From Octopus sinensis (taxonomy: Eukaryota), in NCBI RefSeq assembly GCF_006345805.1, contig NC_042998.1, positions 163,680,001 to 163,744,000 of the forward strand: a stretch of 64,000 bases of DNA, in the 5' to 3' direction. Under the pieces are notes generated by a model. That model worked only from the letters and a program-made list of their open reading frames with translations. It searched no databases and was not told the origin of the DNA. The translations under genes and the position numbers were made by a program. This document shows, piece by piece, positions 27,106 through 40,658 of the stretch; the first letter of the stretch is position 1, and each line of letters starts with the position of its first letter.

Positions 27106-27558
27106 GTATATGTATATATATATGTATATGTATATATATGTATATATATATATACTCTTTTACTCTTTTACTTGTTTCAGTCATTTGACTGCGGCCATGA
27201 TGGATCACCGCCTTTAATCGAGCAACTCAATCCGGGACTTATTCTTTTGTAAGCCCAGTACTTATTCTATCGGCCTCTTTTGCAGAACCGCTAAGTAACG
27301 GGAACATAAACACACTAGCATCGGTTGTCAAGCAATGCTAGGGGGACAAACACACTCACACAAACACACACGCACACACATATATACATATATACGATGG
27401 GCTTCTTTCAGTTTCCGTCTACCAAATCCACTCACAAGGCTTTGGTCGGCCCGAGGCTATAGTAGAAGACACTTGCCCAAGGTACCACGCAGTGGGACTG
27501 AACCCGGAAACATGTGGTTGGTAAACAAGCTACTTACCACACAGCCACTCCTGCACCT
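26431..27558 (-). mobile_element. Two virtually identical tandem copies of the major SINE (26431-26836, 27154-27558) separated by (TA)n
   Basis: Shared private variants (gatggatcacc, gcaactcaatc, gcacct); one 1-bp difference seen. Confidence 0.92.
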
Positions 27559-27675
27559 ATGTATATATATATATGTATATATATAATATATATATATATA
27601 TATATGTTATATATATATATGTATATATATATATGTATATATATATGTATATATATGTATATATATATATGTATA

Positions 27676-27717
<42 letters not shown>

Positions 27718-27860
27718 GTATATATATATGGGTATATGTATATATATATTATATATATATATATAATATATATATATATATACATATATATATACATACA
27801 TATATATATACATATATACATACATATATATACATATATATATACATATATATATACATA

Positions 27861-28268
27861 GGCGTAGGAGTGGCTGTGTGGTAAGTAGCTTGCTAACCAA
27901 CCACATGGTCCCGGGTTCAGTCCCACTGCGTGGCATCTTGGGCAAGTGTCTTCTACTATAGCCCCGGGCCGACCAATGCCTTGTGAGTGGATTTGGTAGA
28001 CGGAAACTGAAAGAAGCCTGTCGTATATATGTATATATATATATGTATGTATGTATGTGTGTGTTTGTGTGTCTGCTGTGTTTGTCCCCCTAGCATTGCT
28101 TGACAACCGATGCTGGTGTGTTTACGTCCCCGTAACTTAGCGGTTCGGCAAAAGCGACCGATAGATTAAGTACTGGGCTTACAAAGAATAAGTCCCGGGG
28201 TCGAGTTGCTCGACTAAAGGCGGTGCTCCAGCATGGCCGCAGTCAAAATGACTGAAACAAGTAAAAGA
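27861..28268 (+). mobile_element. Major SINE copy, head-to-head with 27154-27558
   Basis: Full-length and CpG-intact (young); opposite orientation. Confidence 0.92.
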
Positions 28269-28739
28269 AAAAGAAAAAAAGAAAGAAATACATATATATA
28301 TACATATATATATACATATATATATACATACATATATATATACATATATATATACATATATATATACATACATATATATATACATATATATATACATATA
28401 TATATATATGTATATATGTATATATATATGTATATGTATATATATATGTATATGTATATATATATGTATATGTATATATATATGTATATGTATATATATA
28501 TGTATATGTATATATATATGTATATGTATATATATATGTATATGTATTTATATATATGTATATGTATTTATATATATGTATATGTATTTATATATGTGTA
28601 TATGTATATATATATGTGTATATATATATATGTATGTATATATATATGTATATATATATGTATATATATATATATATAATATATTTGTGTATGTATACTG
28701 AGAGAGAGAGCGGAGTGGAAAGACACGCATTTAGAGAAG

Positions 28740-28798
<59 letters not shown>

Positions 28799-29479
28799 AA
28801 ATAATTTTAGCTATATACTGAGAAAATAACAGACGACAATGATTCTGTGTTGATATAAGGGGAAAGCAAGCAGTGCCAAGTGTGATTCGTGGCATCTAAA
28901 GTGTGTTGTTTATTGTAATGGTTATGGGTGATGGGAGGCATTTTCTGAGTCAAGCAAAGCAGCAAACAAGATGTTTAGAGCTGCAGGTTTCCTTCTTCCA
29001 AACTTGCATCAAAAGAGTTCTCTAGTATTCATTGCTACTCTAGAAAAAAACCACTGGGGATCCCAGAGTCATGCTGGTAGGCTTAGAATTCGTGGCTTTT
29101 TTAGTGGAAAGGTTCCATGGGTTTTTTAGGGGGTTTTTGAGGGTTTTCTTTTTCAGTGTTGTTTTTTTTTAGCTTTGATTTTTGCTGCTGCTGCTTTTTT
29201 TTAATATCTATTTACTTAATCTATGTTTTAATCTAAGAAAGTGATGACTTAGGATGCAAATAATAATAATAATAATAATAAATAGGCAGATAGCCGAATA
29301 AAATCAAGATGGATGAGAAATAACATGGGGTGAGAGATTTATGCATACAGAAAATTCTCGTACTAATATTTGTTGAAAATATTATTTACTATGATAATTG
29401 TTTAGAATTTCATATTAGGAATTATTGCATGATTTTTGGAAGTTTGTTTTCTTTTTTGTTTTTGTCACTTTTTTCTTTG

Positions 29480-29514
<35 letters not shown>

Positions 29515-29685
29515 AACACTACACCCATGCAAGTTCTGTATCCATGTCAATTTATGTTTTCCTTCTGCTCATCTACTGTACAAAAGTGAATTCTTATTTA
29601 TCTCGTATTCATCTTTATGTTTTTCCCTCCGAATCTCATTTTCATTTTCTATGGCTTTCTCTGAACTTTTTCCCATTGTTACCAG

Positions 29686-29694
29686 TTCAAACGG
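29686..29694 (+). CDS. Gene 1 9-nt microexon f (TTCAAACGG): adds VQT, giving AYVQTGPFK
   Basis: Acceptor tttttcccattgttaccag after a 97-nt AG-free pyrimidine-rich zone (29587-29683); donor CGG|gtaaga; in frame with no stop. Confidence 0.58.
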
Positions 29695-29907
29695 GTAAGA
29701 GTTGGTTCAGAGACAAAAGATACTGTCTTAATATCACTGTAAAAACTTGTTTTCTCACCCTTGGCAATGTAAAAGGCAATGCTGGCCTATGTTTTGACAA
29801 GCCAAAATAAAACATTATCTCTAGAATTATGATGGAAATATTTAGAATAACAATAATGATTTCTTTTACAATAATAATAATAATAATATTAATAACTATT
29901 ATTATTA

Positions 29908-29938
<31 letters not shown>

Positions 29939-30456
29939 AAAAGAAATCATTATAAGAAAAAAAAATAATGTTCAGTTCAATATTGCTGAGGTATTGGAAC
30001 TTAGAAATATTTTCTAAATGCCAAATATGGTTGATATTTTTTAGAGATGTTTACTGTTCTGTCAGTTGCATATTAGGACTGTTTCAAAGTCACTGTTTAT
30101 TGTTACTGCTGCTGCTGCTGCTACTGTTGTTGTTGATAATAATGATCATGATCATGCTCATGATGATCATCATGATGATGTTTCATTTAGGTTATTGAGT
30201 ACTGCCTAAATGGTTATGGTGGTTCTCGGTATTAGTTTAGTTATGTGCATCAGTTTGGTGCTTCTAATCCTCCTCCTCCTCTTCCTCAATTTCTAGACCA
30301 ATATTACTGCCCACTCTAATCATAATATAAGAAACATGCTTTCAGGACTTTTCTGCCCCACCAAACATCCATTTCTGATGTCACAAAAGTAACAATGCTC
30401 ATCATTGTAAAATTCCTTTTTTTTTATTTATATATAATTTTTTTGCTGTTTTATCA

Positions 30457-30497
<41 letters not shown>

Positions 30498-31694
30498 GTT
30501 ATTATTATTGTTATTATTGTTGTTGTTGTTGTTGTTATTATTATTACTATTATTATTATTATTATTATTATTACTCTCCTCATTCTTTCCATTAAAGTTT
30601 TAGCTCTTTCCTGTTTTAATTGGCCACACTTGATCTGTGTTCAATATTTTGTTATATTTATTTTTTATTTGTTTTTTTTTTTCATTTTTGGTGGGAGATT
30701 TTTTTGTTCCCTTCTAAACAAACAAACTTTGTTTCATTTGACACATTTTTTTCACCCACTTGTTTATAGTGCAATAAAAAAAAAAGGGGGGTTTAATTCT
30801 GATTTTTTTTTCTCTAATGCCATTCCCTTACTTCTGCTTTTCCTAGTACTCTCTTTATTCTTCCGTTCTGGATAGGAAAAACTCCAGAATATAAAGCCAT
30901 AAGATACCCTAATTGTGCCGATGAGTCAATATTGGTTTTATTAAAAGTTTATTTGTGCCCGAAAACAAAGCACAACCAAAAATAGTGACACACATAATTG
31001 TTTGACTTTCCAGATTAGCAAATATTTTTGTTTCTTGTCCTTGTTGTACAATGGCTTTTGGCAGTGTTTGTTTTCTTCTTTTCTTTTCTTTTTTAATTTG
31101 TTATTGTAGCAGTAATAGTAGTGGTAGTGGTGGTGATAGTGGTGATAGTGGTGGTGGTGGTGGTGATAGTGGTGATAGTGGTGGTGGTGTCTGCAACTTA
31201 GTATGTAGCTTTGGAAACTAAAAGAAAAGGTCTTTGATGACAACATTTAAGTACAACAGTTTGTTCAAAAATCAGAGTGGAAAAATATTTAAAAACAAAA
31301 AAGAAAAGAAAAACAACAGCAACAATGATAATAAAATTATTATTATCATTATTATCATTATAGATTATTCAAACAGATTATTAGCATTTTGTTTGAAAAT
31401 GTTTATTTGACCATATCCTGTCTTGCTGGTCATTCTGGCTGTAATCAGGCAGGAGTTACATTATCGCCAAACACAATATGGAGTCATATGAACAAATATT
31501 TTTTTTTAACATACTGGTGTCCCTTATTTTTCTAATTTGGTATGGTTACACTGTCATGCTTCACAGAGTCTTTCTAGGGTCATTTAGTTTAACAGAAAGA
31601 CACTAAAATCTCCAAACTTAATCATCATCATCATCATTACTGTTATCATTTCAATTCTATTCTTCCAGTGTTGTGTTGTGTTGTTTGAGTCGGA

Positions 31695-31980
31695 TGATCC
31701 AGATTGTTTTGTCCAATTGTGATGTGTGTTTGAAGGCATTTTCAGTTAAACAAAACAAAGGCCCTATTTGATTTCTATAGCTAAATGTTGTTTTCCTTCA
31801 CCAACTGTACAAAATTATGACTCTTAATGGTCTAGTCCAGATGTTCATTGCTACCACACCGATTGTGGTGTATGTTTGAAGGCATTTTCTGTTAAACAAA
31901 ACAAAGGCCCTGTTTTATTCTCAGGACTAAATGTTGTTACTTCTCACCAACTATACTTAGTTGTGATTCCCAATCAATAA
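31695..31980. repeat. Diverged tandem duplication, period about 146 bp
   Basis: gtttgaaggcattttc.gttaaacaaaacaaaggccct...ctaaatgttgtt...caccaact occurs twice. Confidence 0.8.
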
Positions 31981-33832
31981 TCAATACTGCATTTATATGA
32001 CACAATTAAAGCATTTTCATAAGTTTTATTTATCATCTATTGAGAGATTGAAAAGTGGTGTAGGAGAGAGGTAAGTCTTCTGAACTCCTCATACTATGCT
32101 ACACTGTTGAGATTGATACAGATGAACTTTCTGTAGGTTGATACCTGTATAATAGGCCAGGAGGTAATTCCAAGGCAGTTTAATCACGAAAGGAATGATT
32201 AGGAAAGTATTTTGTGCTGTTTGTTGGAGTTGTAGTTTAACTAATTTTGCCATGGATACTTTCCACAATTAAGAGAAAATTTTTTTTAATGCACATCTAA
32301 GGAGGTGCAGTTAAGTACTAATAAAATTAATTAGTTTTATTTTCATGTTTTATTCAATTAGAAGATTCATATTTGTATATAATCATAATTATGATTTCAA
32401 ATTTTGGCATAAGTAATTACAGAGGTAGGTGTTGGCTGATTCCACCCCCCACCCCCGCCCAGTGCTCAACTGGTATTTATCTAATCAACACTGAAAGAAT
32501 GACCTCAGCGACATTTAAACTCAGAATGTGAAGAGATGGGAGAAATGCTGCAAAGTATTTTGTTTCATTCACTAACACTTCTGCTTGTTTAAACCTCTAA
32601 AATTGCAAATAATTACGAAAAGTATTGTAATTGTGTAGACATGAAAATAAAACCGTAATTAGCTTTATCAATACTTATTTGCATCCCCATAGTTGTGTTT
32701 CCTCTTAACCGAACAAATTGTCCAGTGTTCCTGGAGCATTTGTCTGGGGTAGATGCTAAGGAAATAGGCTATTTATTCTTAATACCATTTCAGAAATAAA
32801 ACTTGGTAGGGATGATAGGATAAGAAGATGAGTTGACCAAGCAAGCTTGGATGAAGAGGATATGCTGGCTGTTACTTCAGAAGAGCAGAGGCTGTTGTAA
32901 TAGTAACAGAAGTGTTACTATTACAACACAGTGTGCCTGTGATCAAATGGCTTTAATGTGTTGGTGAGTGAGTCTTTACCAATTAGGCAAATGATCTTCT
33001 TTTAAATGCTGTCATGGATGTTTGTATGTGCAGTAGCAGTAGCTCTGTCCTAGGTGTAAGAGCAATACTCCAATGCTGTTTCCACTTTAGCTTTGTAGAG
33101 AGCTAGCCATTGAGCAGGGCTTGTTTCTTGTTACATGTTGTATTCCGCATCAGTGTAGAATTAGGCTCTATTGATTTTAGGGGGAGAAAAATGACAGTCA
33201 TGAAATTCTTGCTTTCCCAAGAATATTAATGACTCAAGTGAAGTAAAAAATCTACAATCAGATTTTGAAACTGGATTTTTTAATATTTTCATGAGGATTT
33301 CTCAGAGTTTATGTGTTTATTTCCTAAATTATAGAATTTACTATTTAAAGAAAAAATACTATGGAAAACTATAAAAGAAAAAAGTGTTCCAGATAATTTT
33401 AAAAAGAATATTTAGCAGAATGATGCAATGCCTTGCCAAAATGCAAAACTGTAGATAGGGAGCTTTTGAAATGATGAAATTAAAACATCAACAAAATTTT
33501 ATTTGTATTCATTGTTTATTTATTACAAATTTCAGCATTTTCTAATTAGGAAATCAAATATTTTCATAGCAAGATTCTCTTTCTTCCATCAATCATACAA
33601 ACCTGAAAAGGGAGTAGAGCTACCATTGAAGCTGACTGGGGCAAGTAGAATTATGTATATTACATACGGGTTAAAATGCAATTGGTAAACCAGATTTGCA
33701 TAAATATGTGACTGTATGATCTGTTGGTTCATTCCATTAAATTTTTTAGCATTTCATTGATGGTTTGTACAAAACATTACAAGCATTTTTATTACCAGCT
33801 TTTACTGTTTTGCCACACTGACTTTATTGTAG

Positions 33833-33917
33833 GACCTTTTAAACTGAGATCATTTGTCTTTGAAAATAGTGATCATCTTATTTTACTTACAGAAGATAAT
33901 ATGACATTTAATTTAAG
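33833..33917 (+). CDS. Gene 1 exon g (85 nt, phase 1 to 2): (G)PFKLRSFVFENSDHLILLTEDNMTFNL
   Basis: Acceptor ctgactttattgtag, donor AAG|gtattt; phases match both neighbours; lies within track ORF 33724-33942. Confidence 0.68.
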
Positions 33918-33980
33918 GTATTTAGATAACATTCTACCTTAGCCCTAGGTCCACCAATTGTTTCAATTCTTGTTGTAATA

Positions 33981-34317
33981 TGGTGGTTTGTGTTCCTCAA
34001 TGACCCAAAGAGCTATGCCAGCAGAGTTGAAAGCTCCTTATAAGGTCTCCCATGCTGGACAGGACAAAGGATAGAAGCCGGACTAATATGGACCGCCTCT
34101 TCCCAGAAGTAAAATGGGTGCACATAAAGCCAACATCCCTGTCTAGAAAAAAAGCAGAGTTAGAGAAGCATTGATGGCAATTCAAAACCAACAAAACTTG
34201 AGAGAGGAAGGCCTTCCCTCTGGGACACAGAAAAGACAGCCTTGGGTCAAGAACAGTGGAGAAAGGTCATTGAAGGCCTTTGCTCCAAAGGGTGTGAAGG
34301 GCTTAAGTAAAAGTAAG
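33981..34317 (+). mobile_element. Internally deleted (bipartite) non-autonomous RTE derivative: 5' UTR joined to 3' end
   Basis: 5' part agctatgccagc..aggtctcccatgc..gacagg resembles RTE 5' UTRs; 3' part ggcctttgctcc..gggcttaagtaaaagtaag resembles an RTE terminus with TAAG tail. Recognised from memory of these families. Confidence 0.5.
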
Positions 34318-35169
34318 CAGAGCCCAAGGTCTTGTGAATGAAATTGGCTTGACAGAAACTGTCCTCAGTTGCCTTGAGTTGAATCTACTCTATTGTAAGC
34401 ATTCAGTCTCAGTTACCTTTTCTCTGATTTGGGTTTCTGGATTTTCCTATCTTTTTCTGATCAATGCTAAAGTTTCTGCTAAAAAAAATTAAGGACCTTT
34501 TCTTCTTTCCTGCAACTATGTCATAAAACAAAGAAACAAACTCTTATTTCATATGGTGTTACTCTTTGATATATCTGAAGATTTTGACTATTAGAGAAAA
34601 GCATACATTTTGTAGTACACCCAGTATTGTTGATTTAGTGTAAATCATGAAGCATATCTTGGTAAGAGACATTTGAATAGACTGGAAAAAAGGGAGTAGC
34701 AGAAGAAGCTAAGATGGCAGGTATTGAAGATTTATTACAGTACATTACTAAGTTTCTATATGAATCTAAATGTCATTAAACCTTCTTTCTTAATTAATAT
34801 TAATGACAGGAAATGACAATTTATTACTTTTTTATGAGTGTGTGTATGCTTATGTATGTCATATGTACACATCTGTAAATGTGTTTATACACACATAATG
34901 ATATACATACACACACACACACATATCTATATGCACACATGCATACACTCATACACACTCATTTTGGGTGGGGACATACTGTTAGTAGAGAAATGAATAG
35001 ATATGATGACCGAGATACCAGAATGTGTATGCTGAACAACACAACTGTGATATTTTCCTCTATATAATCATCACTTCCAGAGTTGGGAAATGTGGCTGAG
35101 GAACAGAAGAATCACTGTTAATGAGATGCTTTTGTAAACAACCTCCATTACTACAACTGACAGTGTCCT

Positions 35170-36710
35170 ATCCTCATGATTAAGGCTGGCAATTTATTTG
35201 AGACAACACCAGGAAAACATCTGGTATATGTGAAGGCAATTGTTATGGTATGAGGAATAAGAGTGATCAGAGCTGCTAAACCTCTGAGAGTAAAATGACC
35301 CAATCTTTGAAATTCTATCTGCAGAAAACTCACCAGCCACTTGCTCATCTACCAATCAGATGAATACACTAACCAAATAGACCTTATACCCACTAGAAAC
35401 TGGAATAAATAGATGGTTGGGAGTTATAAGTCTTTTTCTAGTCAAGAAATTACCACCCAATAGAAGCTACTAATTAGTGATTTCAGAGTAAATAACTAAA
35501 AAGATCTAGAGACACAAAATAGTCAGTTGTAGCTTTGCAGAAGTTCTTGTTGATGCATATGACAGAAGCAAGGAAAAGATAGATACTTATAAAACAGAGG
35601 ACACCTGAATGTTCCTATGAAACAATCTGCTGAGGGATATAGATCAGATCTGTAACTGCTGCTAGATAAAGGGTGACATAGTAATAGAACATGATGTGGT
35701 ACAATAGATGGACCATAAATTCTAAGACATAGACTTGGAAAGACTAGAAGAAAGGGAAAAGCATAGAACAGTATCATTCATCTACAAGGCAAGTTAGATA
35801 TCATGTATACTTATGAAGAGAGGCAGATCAGAGTGACAATCAGAAGCATGACTTCTTTCACAATGCAAGGCAGTTAGCTTTATAATATAGTTGGGAAGAA
35901 GTAGGTACAGCATTATAATGGTACACTTGTTCCTATTGACACTGAAAAGAAAGGAGCATGTAAGTGTTATATCAAGAAGTTGTTGGATGTGAAAAATGTG
36001 TAGGAAAGAGAGAGTTTTCCCTAATTAGGCCCCCAAAAATGGATCAGCCTTTAAAATCAACTACAGTATGGCTGCAACTGCATTTAAGGCTATGTAGGCA
36101 GAGAATGCTGTTGATCCATCAGAGACAGTCACTGAGATGCTTAAAATATGTAGCAAAGTAAAGTATGTACTTTAATAGTCACTTGTTGACATCAGTTAAT
36201 AATTATAAAAGATACTATTCACAATAACTGGTATAGTAGTATCATAGACAATTGTTACAAGAGCAAAGGAAGAAAGGCAACTTCAGAGGACTTCAGTTGT
36301 TGGACTAGGTTATGAAAGTTATGGCAAGAGCAACTGCACAAATGATTAGGAACCGGATTAGTCTGCATGAGATACAGTTTGGAGCTGTTCCAGGAAGAGA
36401 TATTTCTGCCACCATATTCCCAATGGGACACCTCCAAGAAAAGTATTTAGCCAAAAGTAAGTCCCTATAGTGAAGGACTTTGGCAAGATTTCATTCTGCA
36501 ATCTGACTGTTGCTAAAAATGCTAAGATCAACAAATGTTTTTTAAAAATTATATAAACCATGTACAGAAGCACAGCCAACTAGATGAGAGTCAGCCATGA
36601 GGTCAGCAATGAATTTAGCATGCAAGTTGGTGTCCATCAAAGTTCAGTTCTCAGCACATTCTTATTTTTCAAAGTCCTCTGAGACATAACAAAGGAACTG
36701 AAAATTACTT
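35170..36710 (+). mobile_element. Decayed RTE-clade LINE (APE endonuclease end plus RT)
   Basis: Remnants IKAGNL...HLLIY..QID, NFRGLQLL..VMKVM..IR..I..IQFG.VPGR...IF...LQEKYL, MY..RV..S.EF..QVGVHQ.SVLS; many stops and frameshifts. Confidence 0.85.
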
Positions 36711-37272
36711 GTTTGTTGGAACTCCTTTATGTAAAGTGTAAACTTTTGAAGATTGGTTGGTAATAAGGACATCCAACCAGGAAACCATGACAAAATGGAG
36801 CATATGAGTGAGATATGGTCTTTAATCAATTTTGGAAGATAGTAACTTCAATAATTCAAAAGGCAACCAATTTAGTTTGTGAGAATCATGGGAAAGCGGA
36901 TATAAAGTACTGATGAGGATGACTATGGTATGTTTATGTGTGTGTATATATATATTCTTTATTCTTTCACTTGTTTCAGTCACTAAACTGTGGCCATACT
37001 GAAGAATTTAAACCTGGTACTTACTGCTAAGTTACAGGGACATAAACACACCAACACTGGTTGTCAAGTGTTGGTGGCAGGGAAAAACACAGACACAAAG
37101 ACACACACACTCTGTGTGTTGATTGGTGTTAGGAAGAGCATCTAGCCATAAAAACTATGCCAAAAGACACAGAAGTCTGGTGCAGTCTTCCAACCTTGCC
37201 AGCTCCTATCAAACCATCCAACCCATGTCATCATGGAAGACAGGCATTAAGCAATGATGGTGATATATGATA

Positions 37273-37318
<46 letters not shown>

Positions 37319-37853
37319 GATGGGCTTCCTTCAGTTTCTGTCTACCAATTCCACTCACAAGGCTTTGGTTTACTTGAGGCTATAGTAGAAAGCACTTGTC
37401 CAAGATGCCATGGTGTGGGACTGAACCAAGAACAATGTGGTTGGGAAACAAGCTTCTTAGCACACAGCCACACCTGCATCTATCTATATATAATGTTTAT
37501 GTACACACACATACATGCACCTATAAACACACAACACGCATATATAAATATATCTGTACATATATTGAAACACTCATATAGTGACAGACAGACACAGAAA
37601 GAAATGTAAACCTGTACCATTTGAGGCACTGAGTTCCCATAAACTTTCCCAGAAACACGAATCTTTATGATATCATATCTTAGCTTGTAATATATAATAT
37701 TCTACTTAAATTCTCTGAATTATTCGAAGTTTTCACAATGGTTGGAAAGATTGACCCCAAAACTTCAATCTTAGGTTCTCTTTTTTAAAGTTATTTATCA
37801 AAATCTTAGTGCTTCTTCTGTTTGTTTATTATACATGTCTTCATATGTGTGTA

Positions 37854-37917
<64 letters not shown>

Positions 37918-38741
37918 GGATATATGTATAACACAAAGGAAGAGGGATAGTAAAATCCAGTCTTTGTGTTTGTGTGAATGTGGATAAGTATGTGTGTGTA
38001 TGTATGTGCATATATATATATATATATATGTATATAGATATATATGTATGTATATAGATATATATAGTACATATTTGTGTTTTTAGTATTGCTTATGATG
38101 ATTTATTTTCTGGCAAGTCCCCTTATGAACTCAGTTGCATAAATAGTGTCTCTTGTCACTGCTCGCACCCCATCTAAGGATGTTGTTAGCCCCCACAGCA
38201 ATTTTTATTGGAATGCAATCACTGTTTTCACCATTCCATCCAATATATAAAAAAAAATGAGAAATAAAGTTAAGTGTCTTCTGTTTTACTCTCTCTTTTT
38301 CTTAGTCTCTCAATCTATCTATCTATCAGTCTGTTAATATGGTATTGATTAGCATTACTTGTGTAAACACAAGACCTGAAATTTATCCATGTTTGTATAT
38401 GCACACAAACATATATAGATATATATTGTTATACTCAGTGATGGTCATATATTGACAATTAAATACATGCACTATATATTTGGTCTTCACTTCAGTGCTA
38501 TTACCATTATTTTTGTTTCTTTGTCAATGTTCTTTCATCACACATTCTGTGACCTCTTCAGCAACTCTCCATCTCACATGTCTTCTCTTCTCCTGTTCAT
38601 TCTAAAATGGAATATATATTTACTATTCCTAATTTTGGTTACCAAAAATGTTTGTTGAATTTTTTTGAGGAACATATTAAAAGAGGTAAGAAATGAGAAT
38701 AATAGTAAAAGGTTTAAACTGCTGTTATTTATTTTTGCCAG

Positions 38742-38890
38742 TGACACAATTGAAACTCACTATAATGAAGTCAAGAAAGACAACAACGTTATCAAAATTG
38801 AATTTAGCAAAATTGAGGCTGATTATGATGAATTTGAAGCTGATGCTGATGAGATTGAAATTGATAACTATAAATTTAAAGGAAAGTTGT
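38742..38890 (+). CDS. Gene 1 exon h (149 nt, phase 2 to 1): DTIETHYNEVKKDNNVIKIEFSKIEADYDEFEADADEIEIDNYKFKGKL
   Basis: Acceptor ttatttatttttgccag, donor TGT|gtaaat; protein-like composition within track ORF 38665-38937. Confidence 0.72.
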
Positions 38891-38895
38891 GTAAA

Positions 38896-38934
<39 letters not shown>

Positions 38935-40599
38935 TGAATTGGTGCATTGCTTCAGAAATAAATATAAGTTGATATACAACTCACAACTGCCCATTTTCTG
39001 GAGTAAAAAGACTACAACTAAATATGCCACTTAACACACAAACTCAGCATACCTGCAGTTAAGAGTTAAACTGAACATTTCTTCTTTGGTTTAGAGGTAG
39101 TGACATTCTGTGGGGCCACCTTTAAACTTGAGGAGAAACAGAAATATTCAGATTAAATCTAACTAATCCATCAGGCTTAAAAGTTAAAATTTAAATGGTA
39201 TTTTCTTAAATAGTCATTTTAGAAATGAAGACAAGTGTCAGAAAAGGTTAAATGAACAGCTAAAAGACATTAAAAAAAATTTTTTTTTTTGTTTTTTTTT
39301 TTGTCTTTTAAATCAGCTGAAATAGAATATACAATAAAGCAAGAAAAAAATATATTTCCAAAATATAAAAAAGAAAGCTACAAAAAGTATAAAATATCTT
39401 CAAGATAAAATACTTTTAAAAAAATGTTCTATCTCTGACCTTTCTCAATTTTTTTCCTCCTTTTTTGTAAATGAAACAAAAGAATAATAAGCTGACAAAA
39501 AAATGTTTAATATACATGACTATTCTTAATACAATTTGGCAAATCACTCTGCTTATTAATCTGTCTTTGATGAGATTTCTGCTGCTTAGTTATTATACTG
39601 AAATGTCATTACATTTGTCAAATGTCACTGGCCTTCCAACATATTGGTCACACTAGCAGTTCAGCACATAATCAAATTTTCCATAGCTATGAAGGAATCT
39701 CATAATTCTATACAGCTTTTCACAATGTTGACCTTTCTTTCGACAGGATTTGATCCGGTGTGCGTGCCTTGTTCCATAAGCCTCTTCATAATGACGGCAT
39801 TAACGCATTGTTTAGTTGCCAAGAGTTTATTGCTAATATGTATGTCGTGTCTTTTACAGTGTTTTCTTCAAGAGCAATTATGTTATTTTTGTCATGTATT
39901 TTATATCTCCATCTCTTTACGTAAAATTTTCTGACATAGTGGAAAAATTAAAATTCTCTATGTTCCAGTCTAATTAAATTAATATTTTTTTTAGTTATTC
40001 ACTTAAGAGAAATCATATCATAACTTTGAACCATCATGATCATCATCATTGTCGTCATCCTCCTCCTCCTCCTCCTCCTTATCATCATCATCATTTAATG
40101 CCTGTTTTCCGTGCTGGCATGGGTGGGACAGTTTGACAGGAGCTGGCTAGGCAGAAGACTGCACCAGGCATCACTGTTGTTTTGGCAGGGTTTTTACGGC
40201 TGGGATGCCCTTCATAATACCAATCACCTTATAGAGTGGACTCACTTTTCTTTGACATGGCACCAGCACCAGCAAGGCCTGTTTTGGCATGGGTTTTGTA
40301 GTTGGATGTCCTTCCGAACACCAACCACCTTACAGTGTGGACTGGATGCAACAGCACTGGCAGGGTCTCCAGGTAACTTGCAAGACAAAGATCCTTTGAG
40401 GGGAGGGGCATTGGAGGAGGTGGCCTTGTTTCAGGTGATAAGAAGTTAGTGTGCCAGAGGGATAGAAACAGGTGTCTTGCTGTAGAGAAGATACACGGTT
40501 ACTCAGTCAGAGGGAGATATTGAAAGAGGGGGGAGAGGGATCAAGAATGAGGACAGAAACAGGAGTAAAATATTTAAATTCATTTTAGTTTTTCTTCAG

Positions 40600-40658
40600 G
40601 TGATGTATCATTAGCTAGTAAAATCAGAGTTTTACTTTCACTACCAGTGATAGGGTGA
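40600..40658 (+). CDS. Gene 1 probable terminal exon i (phase 1): (C)DVSLASKIRVLLSLPVIG*; joined model about 200 aa, PH-like end plus divergent C2-like domain
   Basis: Very strong acceptor cattttagtttttcttcag; phase matches exon h; FKGKLCDVSLAS fits the C2 F-x-G-x-h-x-h-x-L pattern; AATAAA at 40792-40797. Alternative acceptors exist near 39.7 kb. Confidence 0.55.

Larger units (their letters stand above)
25960..28795. repeat. (TA)-based microsatellite fields flanking and separating three SINE copies
   Basis: Direct inspection. Confidence 0.9.

Noticed and set aside
39687-39934. Alternative next exons for gene 1 (acceptors at 39686, 39715 and 39746)
   Set aside because: They give a hydrophobic noncoding-like read-through, a short tail or an immediate stop; the 40600 acceptor is stronger and fits the C2 pattern. 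Could still be minor isoforms.
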